Of a DNA stretch of 64,000 nucleotides, positions 56,102 to 62,682 are shown piece by piece; the first letter of the stretch is position 1; every line of letters begins with the position of its first letter. Source of the stretch: a virus (taxonomy: Duplodnaviria > Caudoviricetes); the IMG/VR virus record IMGVR_UViG_3300031998_000072, positions 3,428 through 67,427 of that record. One strand, 5' to 3'. The notes beneath the pieces are model-generated. The model was given only the letters and a program-made list of their open reading frames with translations, made no database searches and was not told the origin of the DNA. The translations under genes were made by a program, and so were the position numbers.

Positions 56102-56305
56102 TTAAGAATTTGCTTTCGATTTCTTTTTTGTCACTTTTTTATGCCTTTTATTGTTCTTCTGTTCATTTTTGATCTCCTTGTACTCATTAATGTCATGAAT
56201 TACCATGCATCCAACTAATGGTATTACCAAAAGTGGAAATGGCATTCTTCCAATAAGATATAAAACGATCAAATTAACACAAATCAATCTTACAATTCGT
56301 GACAA
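56102..56305 (-). CDS. small membrane protein
   Basis: Two hydrophobic segments and a basic tail. Confidence 0.6.
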   Translation of the reverse strand: MSRIVRLICVNLIVLYLIGRMPFPLLVIPLVGCMVIHDINEYKEIKNEQKNNKRHKKVTKKKSKANS

Positions 56306-56346
56306 TTACATCACCTCTCTTTCTTATAATTAACCTCTTATCAACC

Positions 56347-56372
56347 ATTATAAGAAGAGATTTATTTGCGAA
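56347..56372 (-). promoter_or_regulatory. TTCGCA-N14-TATAAT promoter
   Basis: Exact consensus. Confidence 0.75.
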
Positions 56373-56409
56373 AAATCAATAGGATACAATTTGTACCCTA
56401 TTGACTGGT

Positions 56410-56487
56410 TCAGTCGCCCTTTACACCTTTAATGATGTAGGCGATACCCATGATTACCATTGAAATTCCTAAAAGTACCATGAACAT
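56410..56487 (-). CDS. 25-aa membrane peptide (not in ORF track)
   Basis: GGGAGGTGAT RBS; MFMVLLGISMVIMGIAYIIKGVKGD; own promoter and hairpin. Confidence 0.6.
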   Translation of the reverse strand: MFMVLLGISMVIMGIAYIIKGVKGD

Positions 56488-56525
56488 CTTGCACATCACC
56501 TCCCATAATGTATTCAACTGATTCC

Positions 56526-56551
56526 ATTATAGGAACAAAAAAATATGCGAA
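56526..56551 (-). promoter_or_regulatory. TTCGCA-N14-TATAAT promoter
   Basis: Exact consensus. Confidence 0.75.
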
Positions 56552-56590
56552 ACAAAAAAGGAAGGCTATGTTTCCATAGCCCCTTCTTGT

Positions 56591-56929
56591 TTAAATGCCA
56601 GGCAGACGCTTGATTGCATCGGTTACAATCTTGTCTCCTGTTCCTCTGTTAGTGATTACCTCACAAGCAACCACAGATCCAGCCAGAGTTGCTACCTTCA
56701 AACTTGTAGATATCAACTCAGAAGCCCATTTTGGCAATTCAGTGTTCTTTTTATACACTTCCTTGACTGCAACGAGCTTTGAAATCTCATCTTCAGTCTG
56801 ACGTCTCAACTCAACGTCCTTGATCTCCGGCAAACTCATGGATAAAGCACTAATGTACTTATCAATTGCCAGGATTGCTTCCTTTTTTGCTCTCTTAGCC
56901 TCTAACTTAGCCTTAAACAATTCCATCAT
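56591..56929 (-). CDS. hypothetical protein
   Basis: RBS AAGGAGG; own promoter. Confidence 0.65.
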   Translation of the reverse strand: MMELFKAKLEAKRAKKEAILAIDKYISALSMSLPEIKDVELRRQTEDEISKLVAVKEVYKKNTELPKWASELISTSLKVATLAGSVVACEVITNRGTGDKIVTDAIKRLPGI

Positions 56930-56976
56930 AGTTACATGCCTCCTTTTTGATCGGGTTTAATATAGTTTCTCCGACC

Positions 56977-57002
56977 ATTATATGATTAAATTTAGTTGCG
57001 AA
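56977..57002 (-). promoter_or_regulatory. TTCGCA-N14-TATAAT promoter
   Basis: Exact consensus. Confidence 0.75.
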
Positions 57003-57004
57003 TA

Positions 57005-57262
57005 TCAAAAACAGACTTCTGATTCCATGATTGCAAAACATTCTGGACATGTTTTTGGTAATTTAATATCATTTGGTTTTCTACCATATACATTGTATTT
57101 GCATCTTGAACACGTTCCAACAAAACAATTACCATTAGATTGAATGTTTATCCATTTTGGATTATCAGTAACTTTATTATCTTTAGTATGCTTTGCAAGT
57201 TCATTAACAAAATTATTTAATATATTTAAACTTTCTGTATTTGTAAGTTCCATAAATATCAC
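57005..57262 (-). CDS. Zn-ribbon small protein
   Basis: KWI...CSRC...CPEC. Confidence 0.6.
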   Translation of the reverse strand: MIFMELTNTESLNILNNFVNELAKHTKDNKVTDNPKWINIQSNGNCFVGTCSRCKYNVYGRKPNDIKLPKTCPECFAIMESEVCF

Positions 57263-57372
57263 TCCGTTTCATTATCTCTACTTCTCCCTGCTGCTATTGC
57301 GATAGCAAATAAAAATACTCCAATAATTAATCCAAGTCCTGTTCCCGCAAAAAATGCTACTAATACATCCAT
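57259..57372 (-). CDS. 37-aa membrane peptide (not in ORF track)
   Basis: MDVLVAFFAGTGLGLIIGVFLFAIAIAAGRSRDNETE; GATATTTATG start. Confidence 0.6.
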   Translation of the reverse strand: MDVLVAFFAGTGLGLIIGVFLFAIAIAAGRSRDNETE

Positions 57373-57530
57373 AAATATCGACCCCTTTCGTGGACAAAAA
57401 CTAATAGGCTAACAATATTCCTTTCTTTTCTGTTGCCTATTAGCCGGCAGATCCTTAATGGATCTTAATGCCTTAAACAAATGGCTTATAATTCCTTAAA
57501 TTTAAACACCTTCTCTATTTCTAATCTGCC

Positions 57531-57556
57531 ATTATAAGATGGAAAATATCTGCGAA
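57531..57556 (-). promoter_or_regulatory. TTCGCA-N14-TATAAT promoter
   Basis: Exact consensus. Confidence 0.75.
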
Positions 57557-57585
57557 AGAAATATAGGGGAAAATCCCCTAATATT

Positions 57586-57756
57586 TCACTTGTAAGGATA
57601 ACACATCTTTACAGGATTTCCCTGGAAAAACGTGATCTCTTCCTTGCCCTTACGAGCCTCTTCAAGACGCTCCAGCTGCTCCTGATTACCAGTCGTAGCT
57701 ACAACGTTTTCAAACATCTCGTTGTGGACTCTTACTCTGATCTCATTGTTTTTCAT
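57586..57756 (-). CDS. 56-aa hypothetical protein (not in ORF track)
   Basis: GGGAGGT RBS; MKNNEIRVRVHNEMF... Confidence 0.6.
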   Translation of the reverse strand: MKNNEIRVRVHNEMFENVVATTGNQEQLERLEEARKGKEEITFFQGNPVKMCYPYK

Positions 57757-57792
57757 ACTAAAAACCTCCCAATAATTTTTGTTTATTCCTAC

Positions 57793-57818
57793 ATTATAAG
57801 GAGATATTTTTTTGCGAA
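57793..57818 (-). promoter_or_regulatory. TTCGCA-N14-TATAAT promoter
   Basis: Exact consensus. Confidence 0.75.
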
Positions 57819-57858
57819 AAGAATATAGGACAAGAAGTCCTATATTAGATGTAAACCG

Positions 57859-58092
57859 CTACTCTATTATCATATTAAATTGCTTAAATCCAAAAGACTC
57901 CATTCTAATTTTATAGAAGTTATATGCTCCAACATCACCATACATGGTGCAATGGAAATCATTGCACTCTATATCATTAGCTATTTCAAAAATAGTCCAT
58001 GAATTATTACAATTCTTTTGAAAAATGTAAGTTGCTAATGGTTTAGCTAATATTATTCTTTTCTTGTCCATAAATTCTTCAAATGTCAACAT
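57859..58092 (-). CDS. hypothetical protein
   Basis: RBS AAGGAGGT; own promoter. Confidence 0.6.
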   Translation of the reverse strand: MLTFEEFMDKKRIILAKPLATYIFQKNCNNSWTIFEIANDIECNDFHCTMYGDVGAYNFYKIRMESFGFKQFNMIIE

Positions 58093-58123
58093 AATATTTA
58101 CCTCCTTTTTATGTTATACACCT

Positions 58124-58149
58124 ATTATACCAAATAATTAATTTGCGAA
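58124..58149 (-). promoter_or_regulatory. TTCGCA-N14-TATAAT promoter
   Basis: Exact consensus. Confidence 0.75.
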
Positions 58150-58191
58150 AAAGAGATAGGCTGAGAATATCAACCTATCATGCACTTATTA

Positions 58192-58467
58192 TTACTTTTT
58201 CTCCTTTTTGTCTAAGTGTTTAATATACAACCATGACCCTATCATAGCCGCTGCTGTTAACCAGGAAATCCCTTGAACTATCCACACCCCAAACATCAGT
58301 TTTGGTTCAACTGATGGAAAAGTTGCAGACCGCCAGTCATAATTCCCAATCCATGCTAGCAATACTCCAGTCATACTATTAAATACAAACACACAAGCAC
58401 TAAATATAAGTATAAGTCCTGCTATGCCTTTTCTTTCTTCTATCTCTTTATTTGTCATAAATATCAC
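58192..58467 (-). CDS. two-TM membrane protein
   Basis: Two long hydrophobic helices. Confidence 0.65.
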   Translation of the reverse strand: MIFMTNKEIEERKGIAGLILIFSACVFVFNSMTGVLLAWIGNYDWRSATFPSVEPKLMFGVWIVQGISWLTAAAMIGSWLYIKHLDKKEKK

Positions 58468-58482
58468 CTCCTTATGACTTCT

Positions 58483-58508
58483 ATTATTAGCAAAAAAATA
58501 TATGCGAA
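58483..58508 (-). promoter_or_regulatory. TTCGCA-N14-AATAAT promoter
   Basis: One mismatch in the -10 element. Confidence 0.65.
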
Positions 58509-58539
58509 GAAAAAGTTGCTAAAAGGTAATAGCAGAGTA

Positions 58540-58866
58540 TTACTCTGCTATTGTATACATTGTTGATTCAAACCAGGCATTGTACCAACCATTCCAAGTA
58601 TCGTCTTCTTTGATTTTAACTGTTGTTACTATCTCACCATGCTTCTGGAGAAACTGCCTATTAGCTTCAGCAATACGTAATGCTTCAAACCTACCTTTTA
58701 CTGTAAAGGTATGCTTGACAAATACGATATTGTTTTCGCCAACTTCAATTCCAACCTTAGCTGTAGATAATACACCATTATCTTTGACGTTCTTTTTGTT
58801 GCATCCTGTTATCATCAACATTGTCATAACCATAATAACTGCCATTACCACAATAATCTTTTTCAT
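58540..58866 (-). CDS. lipoprotein
   Basis: Signal peptide with lipobox-like MITGC. Confidence 0.65.
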   Translation of the reverse strand: MKKIIVVMAVIMVMTMLMITGCNKKNVKDNGVLSTAKVGIEVGENNIVFVKHTFTVKGRFEALRIAEANRQFLQKHGEIVTTVKIKEDDTWNGWYNAWFESTMYTIAE

Positions 58867-58908
58867 TTTCTTGTCCTCCTTATTGACTTGAAAGTTTGTT
58901 TTCTTATC

Positions 58909-58934
58909 ATTATAAGGATGGAAAATTTTGCGAA
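58909..58934 (-). promoter_or_regulatory. TTCGCA-N14-TATAAT promoter (first of the early region)
   Basis: Exact consensus. Confidence 0.75.
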
Positions 58935-59186
58935 CCTACCTACTATCCGTCCCTACGACCCTGCTATGCCTAGACAAGATCATAGGGAACAGATAGCTGA
59001 AAGGTAAGCGACATCCTGTTGAGTGTAATTTTATGGCTATCGGTTGAGGAGGTTCCTTCAATATGATGAGTACAGGATGTCAGACAATTGTTTTAATTAA
59101 GGCCCAGCATGGTACGCATTTATGATTCTTATGTACCTCAAAGAGCGTGCAACCGATATCATAAAGAGGCGTGCTGGACTCAAATA

Positions 59187-59591
59187 TCACCAAAGCTTTG
59201 TATCGCCTGGTCTTCTAGATGTTGGAAAATAGTCCACCAATAGATCCTCAGATCCGTAGTGTATTGCTTCGTGGGTTCTGTGGGATACGCAGATGACATT
59301 ATCTGGATCTAGGACTATTGGTGAACCATCTCGAATATCAGCAATGGTTATGGGCTTTATATGGTGAATGATGATTCGTCCCCCTATCTGGAAACCATCA
59401 ACCCCTAAGTCATTGCCGTTATCTCTGATAATAATGTTGTTACGGAAGGTTTTCCATTCTTTTGAGTGGTAGAATTCTTGGTTCAAATATCTTTCAAAAC
59501 CGAAAGTCTCTTCGCCAATTCCACCACCAAGTTTAAGATATCTAAACCGTCCTAAGAAATCTGGTATTTGTATTAATTCTGAATAATTCAT
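59187..59591 (-). CDS. HNH endonuclease (packaging-associated type)
   Basis: FYHSKEW..FR..III.RD...IHHI.P...DPDNVICVSHRTHEAIHYG. Confidence 0.85.
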   Translation of the reverse strand: MNYSELIQIPDFLGRFRYLKLGGGIGEETFGFERYLNQEFYHSKEWKTFRNNIIIRDNGNDLGVDGFQIGGRIIIHHIKPITIADIRDGSPIVLDPDNVICVSHRTHEAIHYGSEDLLVDYFPTSRRPGDTKLW

Positions 59592-60190
59592 TGCTCTTCA
59601 ATCCAAATTTCATCATATTTTAAATCAGTTGCTGTTGAGGAATAATAATCTTGTTCGCCAATAGTATCATACAAATATCCAGCATTTGTTGATTCATTTT
59701 TCATAGGAACGAGATCCATATAAAGAACGTCATCCTTATAAATTTTCATTTCAGCAATTGCTAAATATCCTAATCTACTTGAAACATTTTGAGCAAATAA
59801 TCCAACCTGCCAATGGTTTCTAACAGGTGTTCCACCATATGTAGTACCATTGTATACTATTGTTCCATCAACACTATCCATTTCAATATCAACAAATTTT
59901 TTAATAATTGTTTCTTCAGTTGGGATAGTTACATTTCCATTTGGATTATATCTTAGTTGTAATGTTCCATTATTTTCATTATATAAAACAAATGATTGGT
60001 TTGACCATTGGCCATCGCCTATTAAAGGAGCTTGAATATTTTTTAAACTAATTGCTATTTTTGCCTCAATTACAAAATTATCATCATCATACAAAGGAAG
60101 GGCCACATATTGCTGAGCAGTAGAATAAACATAAGGAACTTTTGTTGCTCCTCCGCCACCACTTCCACCAGTACATTCAAACCAAGCCAT
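59588..60190 (-). CDS. beta-sandwich (ConA/LamG-like) putative virion protein
   Basis: KIYKDDVLYMDLVP...GYLYDTI...Y pattern seen in tail-associated lectin-like domains. Confidence 0.45.
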   Translation of the reverse strand: MAWFECTGGSGGGGATKVPYVYSTAQQYVALPLYDDDNFVIEAKIAISLKNIQAPLIGDGQWSNQSFVLYNENNGTLQLRYNPNGNVTIPTEETIIKKFVDIEMDSVDGTIVYNGTTYGGTPVRNHWQVGLFAQNVSSRLGYLAIAEMKIYKDDVLYMDLVPMKNESTNAGYLYDTIGEQDYYSSTATDLKYDEIWIEEQ

Positions 60191-60708
60191 TAGTATACCC
60201 TCACTTTCACACCGATGTCAGAGCTCTGTGCAGGGAATGTCAGAGTAATTGTGTTGTCAGCAATTGACACAGCTGTAGGATTCACACCAAAGATAGATGT
60301 GAAAATTCTAATATTAGTGTTAGCTCCTATAGTTGGGTCATATTGGACAAAGTGCTTAGCATCATTAGCCCAACCTCTATCGGTTGAACCAGAGATTGCT
60401 TCTACACAGATATAGTGTCTTGTGACTTCGTCAGTATCGGTGTAAGTTACTCTATCGCCAACATCATAATTACTATTCTGATTATAAGCCTGAACAGTTC
60501 CATAAGGCAAAGTAATACTTGTACTTCCTGCCGTTAACGTCCCTACAAGGTCGTAGCCTGCAATCTGAGTCTTAAGAGCATTAAAATATACTTTCCTAGT
60601 TATGTTGCTTCCACTAGGTCTAACCGTCATAGGTAAAAGAGAGTTTTCATCTAGTAAATTATTATACAAATCTAACTCACTTAGGGGTTTCATATCTGAT
60701 TCAGCCAT
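60190..60708 (-). CDS. putative virion protein with CBM5/12-like module
   Basis: YNQNSNYDVGDRVTY...HYICVEA...W. Confidence 0.5.
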   Translation of the reverse strand: MAESDMKPLSELDLYNNLLDENSLLPMTVRPSGSNITRKVYFNALKTQIAGYDLVGTLTAGSTSITLPYGTVQAYNQNSNYDVGDRVTYTDTDEVTRHYICVEAISGSTDRGWANDAKHFVQYDPTIGANTNIRIFTSIFGVNPTAVSIADNTITLTFPAQSSDIGVKVRVY

Positions 60709-60910
60709 TTTTACTTACCTCTCTATATGCCATTTCCTGAAAATCATTAGAAATCTTTTCAAAATTCTTATCTTCAGCTACTACTGGCGTTTCATCATAG
60801 TTTTTAGCGTAGAGAATATCAAGAGTATGGCTGCAAGGTCCGCCATTCTTGCAGCATCCGATACTCCCATTACACGCTCTTTTGCAATTACAAAGATATA
60901 AAATCTTCAT
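60701..60910 (-). CDS. Cys-rich hypothetical protein
   Basis: LYLCNCKRAC...CC...CSHTLDILYAKNY. Confidence 0.6.
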   Translation of the reverse strand: MKILYLCNCKRACNGSIGCCKNGGPCSHTLDILYAKNYDETPVVAEDKNFEKISNDFQEMAYREVSKNG

Positions 60911-61533
60911 GGTTTGTATTCAACCCATTTCGTTGCATCAAAAGCTCCAGCGGCAGAGTTAATAATGCATACATAATATTTGTTATCATACTTACATTTG
61001 TTGCCAACGACGTAATCTTTTGAAATATCATACGCAGCAACAGTATCATCTTGGTAATCATAGACTTTCCAATTACGGAAATTCCACTTTTCAGGTACTT
61101 CTTGAGGAGCAATGCGTACATAGTGCACGCCGTCCTTAACTACCTTATCTCCAACATTGTAAATAATTCCAGGGTGGAAAATATCATCCCTCTCATTATC
61201 TGCTTGTACGTACATACGCCACTCAAGTTCAGCCATACGAGCTTTAATAGCGTCTGTTACAAATCCACTCGTCGGTGGATCAAATATCAGTCGTACATAC
61301 AGATAGATGTAGGTCTTTACGTTTTCAAAATCTGAAACATTGGTCATGAAATCTTCCCAAGTCTCGTCTGTACCTGTGATTCTGAAAGGCGTATTAGGAC
61401 CTACACCTAACTGACAGAGTTGATTAAATGCGGAATTAATATGAACCATAATATCAGGATCAAAATAATCCTCGCTAACCTGGACTCCTAACAACTTGGA
61501 AATTGTTTCCAAAATTGACTCATCCATAGGCAT
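60907..61533 (-). CDS. head-tail connector (gp6-like) with two C-terminal CBM-like modules
   Basis: SILETISKLLG...FD.DIM.HINSAF..L.QLGVGP...KTYIYL.VRLIFDPP...ELEWR; then two Y..G..V...G..Y modules. Confidence 0.75.
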   Translation of the reverse strand: MPMDESILETISKLLGVQVSEDYFDPDIMVHINSAFNQLCQLGVGPNTPFRITGTDETWEDFMTNVSDFENVKTYIYLYVRLIFDPPTSGFVTDAIKARMAELEWRMYVQADNERDDIFHPGIIYNVGDKVVKDGVHYVRIAPQEVPEKWNFRNWKVYDYQDDTVAAYDISKDYVVGNKCKYDNKYYVCIINSAAGAFDATKWVEYKP

Positions 61534-61539
61534 GCTCCT

Positions 61540-61848
61540 TTAGAAGGTAACAAAATCCAGCTTTACCCACATTTCATTGAAGTCACTAATTCTACCGAAA
61601 CCATTCTTCTCTTCGTAAATAGTAACCTTTTCACCATTCCTAAGCTGTCCAACAGTAGCTGAGGAAATATCAGCAGCAGATCTGATGTTAAGCCAAGAAT
61701 CTGTCTTAACAATACCTGTCTTGACCTCAAACTTAGGTTCAGCAGTCTTCTCTTCCTTCTTAACCTTAGCAACCTTTACTTCAGGCTCCTTAGGTGTCTC
61801 GATTTCCTTAATGTCATCGAACATTGACTTCTTAGATCTTCCAGCCAT
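61540..61848 (-). CDS. SH3b domain protein
   Basis: WLNIRSAADISSATVGQLRNGEKVTIYEEKNGFGRI. Confidence 0.8.
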   Translation of the reverse strand: MAGRSKKSMFDDIKEIETPKEPEVKVAKVKKEEKTAEPKFEVKTGIVKTDSWLNIRSAADISSATVGQLRNGEKVTIYEEKNGFGRISDFNEMWVKLDFVTF

Positions 61849-61860
61849 TTTTATTCCTCC

Positions 61861-62331
61861 TTAGCTGTAAAAAGGTGTAGCAAAGCCCAGAATGGACTTA
61901 GAATTATAGGAAACATGTCTGTATCCTACCTTATTTGACTTATTACCCTCAATTACGTAAATATAACCCTTCTTTTTGTAGTTAACAGAGGTTACCATTC
62001 CCGTATGAGTAGCCTTTCCTTCACCATTGAAATCATAAAATACAAGGTCTCCAACCTTAGGCACATAAGAACCTCTGGCATGGAAACGCTTCTTGGACTT
62101 ATACCACTTCATCTGAGTAGTACAACCTGCAGACATGGAAAGTTTCTTAACGCCAACCTGCTTAAGACAAGATGCTGTAGCAATAGCACACCAAGCAGTC
62201 TTCTTGCAATTAACTTTCATTCCCATGTACTTGTTCCAAGGATCTACAATATACTTCTGAGCTTTACCATTAGACTCGGAATAACCATTCCAAGACTTGA
62301 ATTTGGTTCTAGCTTTTGCAGCAGTAGCCAT
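61861..62331 (-). CDS. CHAP-domain endolysin
   Basis: AWCAIAT (Cys), GDLVFY, HTGMV (His), [10 protein letters not shown]. Confidence 0.85.
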   Translation of the reverse strand: MATAAKARTKFKSWNGYSESNGKAQKYIVDPWNKYMGMKVNCKKTAWCAIATASCLKQVGVKKLSMSAGCTTQMKWYKSKKRFHARGSYVPKVGDLVFYDFNGEGKATHTGMVTSVNYKKKGYIYVIEGNKSNKVGYRHVSYNSKSILGFATPFYS

Positions 62332-62333
62332 AA

Positions 62334-62636
62334 TTAAATCTCCTCATCTGTAAGGTCTTCAATAGAAATCTGATCCTCGTCTTCTGCAACGCCATCCTGA
62401 ATATCAGCAGTCTCTTCGATCATTTCAAGCTTTTCCTTAGCAAGAGTAACCTGAGATACACCGATAATAGCAGCAATAAATACACCAATAGCATTGCATG
62501 TTACTGTAAGAGCCTTAATCAGGGAGGGATCAACACCCCAAACAGGAAGAACTGTCTGGAGAAGAATCCCGAGTGCCGGAAAGAAAGCCAATCCGAGCCA
62601 CTTTAAAATATCATACACTTTGTCGTTAAGTTTCAT
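62334..62636 (-). CDS. holin
   Basis: [16 protein letters not shown]...PAL...WG, two TMs, next to the endolysin. Confidence 0.85.
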   Translation of the reverse strand: MKLNDKVYDILKWLGLAFFPALGILLQTVLPVWGVDPSLIKALTVTCNAIGVFIAAIIGVSQVTLAKEKLEMIEETADIQDGVAEDEDQISIEDLTDEEI

Positions 62637-62682
62637 ACTTAATCCTCCTTATCGAATTTATCTTTTATTTTGTGAACTCCTT

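Noticed and set aside
58945-59591. IscB/HEARO-type HNH plus guide RNA
   Set aside because: The HNH is 134 aa, lacks RuvC and PLMP elements, and matches the phage packaging type; the structured region lies downstream of it.
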